Under the pieces are notes generated by a model, which was not told the origin of the DNA, searched no databases, and saw nothing but the letters and a program-made list of their open reading frames with translations. A stretch of DNA of 64,000 nucleotides from the NCBI GenBank assembly GCA_017623355.1, contig JAGAPG010000020.1, positions 2,762 to 66,761 of the forward strand. Direction: 5' to 3'. Every line of letters begins with the position of its first letter. The first letter of the stretch is position 1. Position numbers and translations under genes: made by a program. This DNA is from Clostridia bacterium. Lineage in GTDB: Bacteria; Bacillota; Clostridia; Oscillospirales; CAG-272. Positions 55,355 through 63,921 of the stretch are shown piece by piece.

Positions 55355-58159
55355 ATGAAGCAGGTGGAGAAGAAATACAGGAGCCTTCCCTTTTGGTCTT
55401 GGAATGATGAGCTTGATAAGGACGAGCTCATAAAGCAGATCGAATGGATGAATGAAAATGGAATAGGCGGATTTTTTATGCACGCAAGAGGCGGGCTTAA
55501 AACTTCTTATCTTGGCGAAAAATGGCACGAATGTATCGAGGCGTGCTCAAAAAGAGCAGACGAGCTCGGTATGGAAGCGTACGCATACGACGAAAACGGC
55601 TGGCCAAGCGGGTTCGTTGGCGGTAAGTTGCTTGAGGATATAGAAAATCACGACAGATATTTGACTCACACGATAGGAGAATACGACGAAAACGCGCTCG
55701 CATCGTATGACATAAGCAAGGATTCTATTGAAAGAGCTTTTGCTCCCTGTGAGAGCTGTCTTAATGTATACGAGCATTATTCCGCATCGACTGCCGATAT
55801 CTTGAATCCCGAGGTAGTGGATAAGTTTATCGCGCTTACTCACGAGGAGTATAAAAAAAGAGATAAATACGGTCTTAAAGGCTTTTTCACAGACGAGCCT
55901 CAATATTATCGTTGGGACACGCCTTACACAAAGGCTTTGCCCGAATATTTCAAAAATACATATGGCGAGGATATTCTTGACGGTCTTGGACTTTTGTTCG
56001 TTGAAAAGGACGGATACAGGGCGTTTCGGTATAAATTTTGGAAAGCTATGCAGGCTCTTATGCTTGAAAGCTTCGGCAAAAAGATCTATAGCTGGTGCGA
56101 TAAGAACGGATATAAGCTCACAGGTCACTATATCGAGGAGGGCTGCCTTGACGGTCAAATGCTTTGCTGTGCGGGGATTATGCCTTTTTATGAGTATGAG
56201 CACATTCCGGGAATTGACTACCTTGGCTCTTGGATATCAAACGGCTTTGCGGAAAGACAGGTGGCAAGCGTTAGCGCTCAGCTCGGAAAAAAACAGATAC
56301 TTACCGAAACGTTTGCGGGCTGCGGCTGGAATATAACGCCGAAGCGTCTTAAAAAAATCGCGGAATGTCAATACGTTCACGGCGTAAATCTTATGTGTCA
56401 GCATTTATTGCCGTTTAAGGAGCAGGGACAAAGAAAGCGTGATTATCCTGCGCATTTTTCGAGTGTAAATCCTTGGGTCAAAAAGGGATTTTCACAATTC
56501 AACGACTATTTTTCGTATCTTGGAAAAATGATCGCAGAAAGCACTGAGTATGTAAACGTCGGAGTTTTTCATCCGATAAGAAGCGCATATTTTAATTATA
56601 AGCGCTTTGATATCAGAGAAAGATCGGGGCTTCGCTCGCTTGAGAATTCGCTCCAAGCCTTGGTGAATAAGCTCGGTAAGAACGCAATAGCCTATCACTT
56701 CCTTGATGAAACCGTAATGTCAAATCACGCAAGAGTCGAAAACGGCACACTTGTTGTGGGAAAATGCAGATATGACTATATAATCTTTCCGCAGATTTTC
56801 ACAATGGATAAATCGAGCGAAAATCTTCTTCGGGAATATATAAAAACGGGCGGAAGGGTTCTTTTTACGGACGGCAAACCGGAATATCTTGAGGGTGATG
56901 AATTTGATTATTCTTACCTTGAAACGAACACGTCCTGGGACGAAATAATTAATGCTCAGCCAATTAAAGTTAAAAATAACGAGAATGTTCGCCTGACCTA
57001 CAGACACGGCGGGGACGGCAAGGATTTTATCTATGCCGTAAACCTTGGAGAAAAAACGAGGATAAGCATAGAACTGAAGGGCGCGCGCTCGTTTGATGTT
57101 TATGATATAATGAGTGAAAAAACCGAAAATGTGCCGACAAGTGTCGATTTTGAGGACGGTCAGTCTTATATTCTGTATCCGTCAGCTAAGATTGCAAAAG
57201 AAAAAGCGCCTCTTGATGAGATGCGCCTTGACGGTGTATTTGATTGTGATGGCGTAGATAATTATTTTACACTTGATCTTTTGCGTTATTCAAGTGACGG
57301 AAAGGAATATTCCGAAAAGCTTCATCATATGTGTGCATTTGACGAGCTGCTTAAGAAAAGATACGAGGGCAAATTATATCTAAAATACGAATTCGAGGCA
57401 AAAGAATTGCCCGAAAAATGCGAGCTGCTTGTGGAAAATGAAAAGGCTATAAGCGTTCTTATAAACGGAAAAGAGGTCACCCAGTGTCAAGAAAACGACT
57501 TTGAAGTGGCGAAGCATTGCTACGATATTGCGGGAGCTCTTAAAAAGGGCGATAACGAGATTGTGATGTTGATAGATTATTATCAAGGAGAAAATGTTTA
57601 TTATGCGCTCTTTGGTGAAAATGTTACCGAGGGACTTAAAAACTGTCTTGCTTACGATACCGAGATCGAGCCTGTTTATTTAAGAGGAAGCTTCGGAGTT
57701 TACGGTAATTTTGAGAGTGGAAAGAGCGAAAATATTTTACTCGGCAGTGATTTTTATATAGACGAGCAAAGTGAAAGAATAAAAAGCCTTGTGAAAGACG
57801 GATTTCCGTTCTTTGCGGGAGATATTACAATAAGCAAAAATATTAATGTGGAAAACACAAGAGCAAGGCTCGTTATTGATAAGCCGTTTCTCATAATAGA
57901 TGTCAGAATAAACGACACATATGCCGGCAGAATGATGTTTGAAAGCAGTCTTGACGTTTCCGAATATCTTAAAAAAGGCGAAAATAAAATAAGCCTCACC
58001 GTAACTGTGGGAAACAGAAATCTGTTAGGACCGTTTCACTCTCCCGAGCAAGAGCCCGGATTTGTAGGCCCGGAAACCTTTGAACGCTTCGGAACATGGA
58101 AAAACGGCAAAAGCAAGCACTATGCCGAAAAATATTCCTTCGTTGAGGGAATGATTTAA
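55355..58159 (+). CDS. large uncharacterised glycoside hydrolase-like protein (possibly GH106-related)
   Basis: N-terminal RSLPFWSWND.LDKDELIKQIEWMNENGIGGFFMHARGGL, as in a widespread family of ~900-aa predicted glycosidases. The family assignment is from memory only. Confidence 0.45.
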   Translation: MKQVEKKYRSLPFWSWNDELDKDELIKQIEWMNENGIGGFFMHARGGLKTSYLGEKWHECIEACSKRADELGMEAYAYDENGWPSGFVGGKLLEDIENHDRYLTHTIGEYDENALASYDISKDSIERAFAPCESCLNVYEHYSASTADILNPEVVDKFIALTHEEYKKRDKYGLKGFFTDEPQYYRWDTPYTKALPEYFKNTYGEDILDGLGLLFVEKDGYRAFRYKFWKAMQALMLESFGKKIYSWCDKNGYKLTGHYIEEGCLDGQMLCCAGIMPFYEYEHIPGIDYLGSWISNGFAERQVASVSAQLGKKQILTETFAGCGWNITPKRLKKIAECQYVHGVNLMCQHLLPFKEQGQRKRDYPAHFSSVNPWVKKGFSQFNDYFSYLGKMIAESTEYVNVGVFHPIRSAYFNYKRFDIRERSGLRSLENSLQALVNKLGKNAIAYHFLDETVMSNHARVENGTLVVGKCRYDYIIFPQIFTMDKSSENLLREYIKTGGRVLFTDGKPEYLEGDEFDYSYLETNTSWDEIINAQPIKVKNNENVRLTYRHGGDGKDFIYAVNLGEKTRISIELKGARSFDVYDIMSEKTENVPTSVDFEDGQSYILYPSAKIAKEKAPLDEMRLDGVFDCDGVDNYFTLDLLRYSSDGKEYSEKLHHMCAFDELLKKRYEGKLYLKYEFEAKELPEKCELLVENEKAISVLINGKEVTQCQENDFEVAKHCYDIAGALKKGDNEIVMLIDYYQGENVYYALFGENVTEGLKNCLAYDTEIEPVYLRGSFGVYGNFESGKSENILLGSDFYIDEQSERIKSLVKDGFPFFAGDITISKNINVENTRARLVIDKPFLIIDVRINDTYAGRMMFESSLDVSEYLKKGENKISLTVTVGNRNLLGPFHSPEQEPGFVGPETFERFGTWKNGKSKHYAEKYSFVEGMI

Positions 58160-58221
58160 CCTCAAGCGCTATATAATTTGCTCGTAATATCAGAGCTTTA
58201 GGCAATGATTATGAAAAAATA

Positions 58222-58249
58222 TTGACTTTTTAAAAATATGGCGTATAAT
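58222..58249 (+). promoter_or_regulatory. consensus promoter of small RNA copy B
   Basis: TTGACT, 16-nt spacer, TATAAT. Confidence 0.7.
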
Positions 58250-58252
58250 ATA

Positions 58253-58328
58253 TCAAGAATTCAGCCCACGCCTGTAGAAATTACAGGAACCATGGAGGTA
58301 ACTCCAAATCTGGCTGAATTCTTTTTTA
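58253..58328 (+). ncRNA. candidate structured small RNA, copy B
   Basis: P1 aagaattcagcc/ggctgaattctt; P2 cctgta/tacagg with loop gaaat; P3 ggag-gtaa-ctcc; U-tract. Confidence 0.6.
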
Positions 58329-58403
58329 TTTTCACCATATTTTTCAAGTTAAAAAGTATATAAAAATTGTATATAAAGTGAGCAAAAATCCTTATGAATA
58401 AAG

Positions 58404-58453
58404 AAAAAAGACCGTATAAATACCTACTTTGTGAGTAGTTTTTATACAGTCTT
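58404..58453 (-). terminator. intrinsic terminator of the minus-strand operon
   Basis: The minus strand reads gactgtataaa...tttatacggtc, with an inner ctact/agtag stem, followed by tttttt. Confidence 0.75.
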
Positions 58454-58483
58454 TCTGGCTAATAACCCTAATTTTGATACAAA

Positions 58484-58720
58484 TTAAGCAGCATCAAAAA
58501 CTCTTATTTCATCTAAAAAGGCGTCCATATAGCCATGCAATTCCGCACTACGGCTTTGCAATTCTTGCAAGGCGGAAGGAGTGATGCTGTGGTTTAATAA
58601 GTCTCTTAATTTCTTTACGGACATTCTGCCAGGAGAATCTTCCGAACCGAACAAGTTTGTTAATAAAGCCTTATCAAACGTATATCCAGCAAATGACAAT
58701 GCAAAGGGGACTTGTGTCAT
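58484..58720 (-). CDS. small hypothetical protein (78 aa) carrying an R-x4-H motif
   Basis: ATG at 58720 lies 2 nt after the TAG of the upstream ORF. RDLLNH is encoded at 58589-58606. Confidence 0.45.
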   Translation of the reverse strand: MTQVPFALSFAGYTFDKALLTNLFGSEDSPGRMSVKKLRDLLNHSITPSALQELQSRSAELHGYMDAFLDEIRVFDAA

Positions 58721-58722
58721 CA

Positions 58723-58941
58723 CTACTTTAAAGTAATCACTATACTGTCCAGTTTTTTGTATTGATGTTCTCTCAAAATAAATTTATATGTAATTTCACA
58801 AATCGAGAACTTATCTTTGAAACTGTCAATTTCGGCTTTAACTTTTTTATCGTTAAATATTGTCTCAAGACGAAGCATTTCTGCACGAGCATCATTTCTT
58901 AACCGTAATTGTTCTTGCGGGTTTATTTTTGGGGTAGCCAT
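58723..58941 (-). CDS. small hypothetical protein (72 aa)
   Basis: ATG at 58941 lies 7 nt after AAGGAG. Predicted to be all-helical. Confidence 0.45.
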   Translation of the reverse strand: MATPKINPQEQLRLRNDARAEMLRLETIFNDKKVKAEIDSFKDKFSICEITYKFILREHQYKKLDSIVITLK

Positions 58942-58960
58942 TTTGCATCTCCTTTGCCAT

Positions 58961-59476
58961 TTACAATGTGAAACCAAGTGTACGCATCATATAGAAAAGA
59001 TTTTCTGTTTTGACACCGAACACATTGGCAACATCGGGGATTTTGGCGTTCTTGCTCGGGCTACGGGGATTGAGCCCTTTGTTCGGCACTTCAAATGTGA
59101 TTATGGTATATCCTTTTGCTTTCGCTGTAGATATTAACCACGGGTCAGCTACAGTACCTTTTGCCCATTCAGCCAAAGCGGAAGGCTTGTAACAAGCATT
59201 GCTTTGAATATGACCTAAGACTGCTCCGTAATGTGCTAATATGGTTGGATCTCTTCGGTCAACATAGGTGCCTATTGTTAAAGCCTCTATCCAATCTTTC
59301 AAACTATCCTCACCCTGGAGTATTTCGTCTTTGACCAAATCAAGAATAGCAATATCTCCATTTTGGATATGCTCCTCCATTTGGCTCCAAAAGCTTTCAG
59401 CAAAATCAAACGGATAATACATCAAATGCGGAGTGATAAGGGAGTTGGCATCAATCAAGAAAATTTCTTTACTCAT
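58961..59476 (-). CDS. DUF4411 (PIN-like nuclease fold) protein
   Basis: The N-terminal IFLIDANSLITP, then ADPWLIS and IPDVANVFGV, are characteristic of DUF4411. ATGA overlap with the upstream peptidase gene. Confidence 0.7.
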   Translation of the reverse strand: MSKEIFLIDANSLITPHLMYYPFDFAESFWSQMEEHIQNGDIAILDLVKDEILQGEDSLKDWIEALTIGTYVDRRDPTILAHYGAVLGHIQSNACYKPSALAEWAKGTVADPWLISTAKAKGYTIITFEVPNKGLNPRSPSKNAKIPDVANVFGVKTENLFYMMRTLGFTL

Positions 59477-60648
59477 TTCAAGCCACCTCCTACCGTTTCT
59501 GCCAAATTACTAAAAGTAGAGCGGTTTGTATTTGTAAGACGGAAAGCATCCGAATATAATGTGCGACCGGCTTTAACACTACCTACGAGCATATGGAAGA
59601 ATCTTTTATCAATCCTACTAGCTGCCGTGCGATAGAAATCACCGCCACCTTCTCCGCGCTCCTTCTTTCTCTTGCGAGCCTCATTGTATAATGTAATTGC
59701 TAATTGCGCAATTTTTTTATACACATCATAAGAAATAAGGTTTCCGTCGTATGCCTTTCGGGCAATTACCGTAATACCACATTTGAATTTATCAGATAAG
59801 AGCCTAATGTTCTCTTCGTGATTATCCTTGTCTTCAAGAGCGTTCCACGCATCCACAAAAGCTTGATGAGGAACTAATATTTCGGCAGCCACAGCATTGC
59901 AAAGTGTTTCAGCTTTCTTTACTTGTGTTCCGGTACTATCGCGATCATTAAATAAGCTATTTTCCCCAATGCATAGGTGAGTAAACTCATGAAGCAAGGA
60001 AAACAGTTTTCCGTTGGTGGAATCATTAGAGTTGATAAAAATAAGCGGAGCATATTCATCTACCACCGCAAAAGCGCGGAACTCATTAATATCTAGCGGA
60101 CGGTGGGTATTATTTCCTACGATTCCGCTCATCATTACGATAGTTCCTACGTTGCTCATTGCCGTTCTAATATAGTTGAAAGATTCCTCGGCGGTTTTGC
60201 AGGCGGTATACCAATCAATTTTTATATCTAATATTTCTCTTACTCGCTGTGCAAACTTCATAAAATTGGATTGAGATTTAAGTTCTCCAACGAAAGTCAA
60301 AGGAGTACTTCCTTCAGAAATCAAATAATCTCGGACCCAATCTTGAACTTGCCCCATATCGTGCATTGTATCCATTAAATTTCGGCTAGGTGTGTCCAAG
60401 GAGGCACTGTCCACCGTGCGAAATTCAATTAAAGACATATCTTCGGCGGGAGGGGTTTGCAAAAAGAAATATCCCAAAGGAATGCCCGTGGCTTTGCTCA
60501 CTTTTTCAACTTGATTGAAAGTTGGCGTTTTTTTGCCGTGATGCCAGGACTCCAAGTATTCAACTATTTGATAATTTAGGGTTTCGGGCTGTATTTGACC
60601 TAGTACCCAATTCAGTATTTCAGGGGAAATACTAACATTTACTTGCAT
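59473..60648 (-). CDS. HTH (XRE-like) + ImmA/IrrE family zinc metallopeptidase
   Basis: HEFTHL (HExxH), an N-terminal HTH-like region (TPTFNQVEKVSKATGIPLGYF), and COG2856-type architecture. ATG at 60648 lies 7 nt after GGAGG. Confidence 0.8.
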   Translation of the reverse strand: MQVNVSISPEILNWVLGQIQPETLNYQIVEYLESWHHGKKTPTFNQVEKVSKATGIPLGYFFLQTPPAEDMSLIEFRTVDSASLDTPSRNLMDTMHDMGQVQDWVRDYLISEGSTPLTFVGELKSQSNFMKFAQRVREILDIKIDWYTACKTAEESFNYIRTAMSNVGTIVMMSGIVGNNTHRPLDINEFRAFAVVDEYAPLIFINSNDSTNGKLFSLLHEFTHLCIGENSLFNDRDSTGTQVKKAETLCNAVAAEILVPHQAFVDAWNALEDKDNHEENIRLLSDKFKCGITVIARKAYDGNLISYDVYKKIAQLAITLYNEARKRKKERGEGGGDFYRTAASRIDKRFFHMLVGSVKAGRTLYSDAFRLTNTNRSTFSNLAETVGGGLK

Positions 60649-60686
60649 CACTTCACCTCCTATTACAAGTATTTATTGTTTGATAA

Positions 60687-61124
60687 TTATTCATTGGAAC
60701 AACTATCAGTATTTTTTATTCTCAAGGTAACCTTAAAATTCTCTTCCGGGAACAGCGAATCGTGTTCACGGCATCTTGCTACCTCTGCCTTTATAACGCT
60801 CTCAACGGCGTGTTTGCCGTATTCGTCAAGGCGTAAATATGCCATAATCGTTTCGTAAAAACTTTCCTCGGCTTCCCATATGCCGAGTTGCTCTATATCC
60901 TCTTCCGTTATCTTAGGCGAAGAAGGGTCATTGGACGAGCCGAGAATATAATCTATCCGTCTATCGAATATGTCTGAAAGCGCATCAAGCGTTTCAAAGT
61001 TTGGCTCTCGTTTGCCGATCTCCCACATTGCAACCGTTCCCTTGGAAACGCCCAAAAGTTCCGCAAGCTGCACCTGGGTCATATTCTTTTCTTTACGTAA
61101 TTCTTTCAATCTGTGAGCAAACAT
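60687..61124 (-). CDS. XRE-family HTH transcriptional repressor (CI/ImmR-like)
   Basis: RLKELRKEKNMTQVQLAELLGVSKGTVAMWEIGKREP. ATG at 61124 follows GAGGTG. Confidence 0.85.
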   Translation of the reverse strand: MFAHRLKELRKEKNMTQVQLAELLGVSKGTVAMWEIGKREPNFETLDALSDIFDRRIDYILGSSNDPSSPKITEEDIEQLGIWEAEESFYETIMAYLRLDEYGKHAVESVIKAEVARCREHDSLFPEENFKVTLRIKNTDSCSNE

Positions 61125-61217
61125 TTCATCACCTCGCATAAATTATATCACGAATCGTGAGTATTGTCAAGTGTTTTCTAACGCTTTGATGGTGCTTGCG
61201 ATATTTTTTTGAAGAAA

Positions 61218-61272
61218 AAGATAACTTTCTGTGAGATTTGCTATTGACAAAGATAACTGAATGTTGTATAAT
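61218..61272 (+). promoter_or_regulatory. consensus promoter with repeated aagataact boxes (candidate operators) between the divergent regulators
   Basis: TTGACA (61244-61249), 17-nt spacer, TATAAT (61267-61272). aagataact occurs at 61218-61226 and 61249-61257. Confidence 0.65.
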
Positions 61273-61305
61273 ATACTTGTAAATCTCACGAAAGGAGAGA
61301 ATTTT

Positions 61306-61494
61306 ATGAAAAATGAGACAAAACCGTCGATGATGACCATCAAGCAGATAGCAAAAACAGGGCTGATGCCCGAAAATGCTCTCCGTCAACTTTTGAAGGA
61401 AGGCAAGCTGCCTGTTGTCTATATCGGCAAAAAGGCTCTCATTAACTATTCCAAGTTATGTGAACTTCTCAATCGGCTCGGTGATACCGAATGA
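61306..61494 (+). CDS. small excisionase/AlpA-like helix-turn-helix DNA-binding protein
   Basis: 62 aa. MTIKQIAKTGLMPENALRQLLKEGKLP.VYIGKKALI fits the excisionase-type HTH_17 pattern. AAAGGAGAG RBS. Confidence 0.6.
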   Translation: MKNETKPSMMTIKQIAKTGLMPENALRQLLKEGKLPVVYIGKKALINYSKLCELLNRLGDTE

Positions 61495-61527
61495 CCGATG
61501 CAAAATTTATGGAAAGGAGGAAACGGA

Positions 61528-63825
61528 ATGAGAACTCAATACACTAATCTGCCGAGCCTGTTAAAGAAGGAAGGCTTGTTTTGCTTATGGCAATACGAAA
61601 CTCGCGATGGCAAAAAGACCAAGGTTCCGTATTGTATCCGTGGTTATCGTGCTGACCCCAGAAACAAAAATACATTTTCAAAGTTTGACCAAGTCATTAG
61701 CCTTGCCAACGGATATGACGGAATCGGCATCGGTGTTTTTGATGACATCTGCGCCGTAGATATCGACCATTGTGTAGAAGACGGAGTGCTTTCAGAAATG
61801 GCTGACGATATCGTAAAAATGATGGACTCCTATACCGAGTATAGTCCCTCCGGTACTGGTGTGCGTATCTTTTTCAAGGCAAGCGGTCTGTCCTATGACA
61901 AAGAGCGTTACTACGTCAATAATCGCAAATTCGGTCTTGAAATCTATGTTTCCGGTTATACAAACAAATTTGTAACCGCTACAGGGAACGTGCTTATTGA
62001 CCGAAATATCGAAGACCGAACCGAGGCTCTTTTGCTCGTACTTGAAAAATATATGGTCAAGCCGACACAGTTATATACTCGCCGTGAGGATGTTCCCGGT
62101 AGCTTTCTTTCAGACGAGTCCATAATTGCCAAAGCAAGCGCATCCAAGCAGGGTGAAAAGTTCTCGGCTTTATGGTATGGCGATGTCTCTGCATACGGAA
62201 GCCAAAGCGAAGCCGACCTTGCCCTTTGCTCCATTCTTGCATTTTGGTGTGGCGGTGATATTGAGCAAATGGATAGACTCTTCCGTCAATCTGATCTTAT
62301 GCGAGAAAAATGGGAGAGGGAGGATTATAGAATGAACACATTGAACCGAGCCGTGGCAATGACCAAGGAATTTTATAAGCCTCTCGGTCGAACCGCTCCG
62401 GCAGCGGAGTTTAATGATATTTCCATATTTCTTGATGAAGCCGCTCCCGAACGCAATGACCGTTACCCTTGGACGGACATTGGCGGCGGACGGCTATTTG
62501 CGGATTGCTTTGAGAGCATTGCCAGGTATGTCCCCGAGAAGAAGAGCTGGTACTGTTACAAAGACGGCGTGTGGTCTACCGACAGCGGTGCGCTCCGCAC
62601 GATGGAACTTTGTAAGGCGTTAGCGGATGCATTAATCGTATATGCGGTATCCATTCATGATGAACGCCAAAGACAAGAGTTTATGAAATACTGCACCAAA
62701 TGGCAGACGCGCCGTACGCGAGAAACGCTACTCAAAGATGCCCAAGGCGTACACCCCATATCCCTCTCGGAATTTGATTGCGACCCTTACATCTTTAATT
62801 GTAAGAACGGTACATTACATCTTGATACGATGGCTTTTACAGAACATCGCGCAGAAGACCGCTTGACCAAGATCTCAAATGTGGAATATGACCCTTCCGC
62901 ATATAGTTCTCGGTTTGAAAGCTTTGTATCCGAAATTATGAGCGGAGATGTCGACAAAGCGAGATTTCTCCAAAAGGCTCTCGGCTATGGTATCAGCGGA
63001 GATACGCGCTACGAGTGTATGTTCATAATGTACGGCGCAACCACCCGTAACGGAAAAGGCACCTTGTGCGAAAGCGTTCTGAAGGTTCTCGGCAATTATG
63101 GTTGTACCGCAAGACCGGAAACTTTAAGTATCAACGCCAACAGCAACAGCCAGACCCCGAGCGAAGATATCGCAAGGCTTGCAGGGGTACGCTTTGCCAA
63201 CATTTCCGAGCCTGGTAAGGGACTCCTTCTTAACGGAGCAAAGGTCAAAAATATGACGGGCAATGATACCATCAACGCTCGTTTCCTTCACGAAAACAGC
63301 TTTGACTTCACTCCACAATTCAAGCTCTACATCAATACCAACTACCTTCCCGTCATCAATGATATGACTCTTTTCAGCAGCGGGCGTGTAGTCATTATTC
63401 CTTTTGAAAGGCACTTTGAAGAAGCCGAGCAGGACAAGACTTTGAAAACGGAATTCTCAAAACCGGAAGTTCAAAGCGCAATCCTCAATTGGCTTGTAGA
63501 CGGCTATCGTATGCTGACGAAAGAAGGATTGTCGCAACCGCAAGCGGTCAAGGAAGCAACCGCTTCTTACGAACACGAAAGTGATAAGATTGCTATGTTT
63601 GCCGAGGACAATCTTATTGAGGATAAACGCTCCGAGGTTCGTACCGCCGAAGTCTACAGCCGATACAAGGAGTGGTGTATGGACAACGGACACCGTGCTG
63701 AAAGCATGAAGAACTTCAAGCAAGGACTTATGACGCAAGGCTCGGTTGTCCGCAAGCGACCGAGGGGCGGTGGTAGCGAAACCACAATGCTCATCGGTTT
63801 CAAACTCGTCAGCGACTTCCTTTAA
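61528..63825 (+). CDS. bifunctional prim-pol primase / P4-D5-type SF3 helicase
   Basis: N-terminal prim-pol (GIGIGVF..AVDIDHC), a PriCT-like SQSEADLALCSILAFW, Walker A GATTRNGKGT, and a D5_N-like middle region. Confidence 0.85.
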   Translation: MRTQYTNLPSLLKKEGLFCLWQYETRDGKKTKVPYCIRGYRADPRNKNTFSKFDQVISLANGYDGIGIGVFDDICAVDIDHCVEDGVLSEMADDIVKMMDSYTEYSPSGTGVRIFFKASGLSYDKERYYVNNRKFGLEIYVSGYTNKFVTATGNVLIDRNIEDRTEALLLVLEKYMVKPTQLYTRREDVPGSFLSDESIIAKASASKQGEKFSALWYGDVSAYGSQSEADLALCSILAFWCGGDIEQMDRLFRQSDLMREKWEREDYRMNTLNRAVAMTKEFYKPLGRTAPAAEFNDISIFLDEAAPERNDRYPWTDIGGGRLFADCFESIARYVPEKKSWYCYKDGVWSTDSGALRTMELCKALADALIVYAVSIHDERQRQEFMKYCTKWQTRRTRETLLKDAQGVHPISLSEFDCDPYIFNCKNGTLHLDTMAFTEHRAEDRLTKISNVEYDPSAYSSRFESFVSEIMSGDVDKARFLQKALGYGISGDTRYECMFIMYGATTRNGKGTLCESVLKVLGNYGCTARPETLSINANSNSQTPSEDIARLAGVRFANISEPGKGLLLNGAKVKNMTGNDTINARFLHENSFDFTPQFKLYINTNYLPVINDMTLFSSGRVVIIPFERHFEEAEQDKTLKTEFSKPEVQSAILNWLVDGYRMLTKEGLSQPQAVKEATASYEHESDKIAMFAEDNLIEDKRSEVRTAEVYSRYKEWCMDNGHRAESMKNFKQGLMTQGSVVRKRPRGGGSETTMLIGFKLVSDFL

Positions 63826-63828
63826 CAC

Positions 63829-63921
63829 AATGTCGCAACTTGTCGCAGGTTCTATAGGTTGTTTTGAAAAAACGCTCTTTTATAGAAATGACATATTTTA
63901 CTTGCGACAATCTGCGACAGA
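63829..63921. repeat. iteron cluster / candidate replication origin
   Basis: tgtcgca at 63831 and 63841 (10-bp phasing). The inverted tgcgaca lies at 63903 and 63913 (10-bp phasing). They flank an AT-rich 55-bp spacer with ctata..tatag. Confidence 0.55.

Noticed and set aside
58291-58362. 23-codon ATG frame (MEVTPNLAEFFFIFTIFFKLKSI) within small RNA copy B
   Set aside because: Copy A has no ATG at the equivalent position and reaches a stop after 7 codons. Conservation follows base pairing, not codons.
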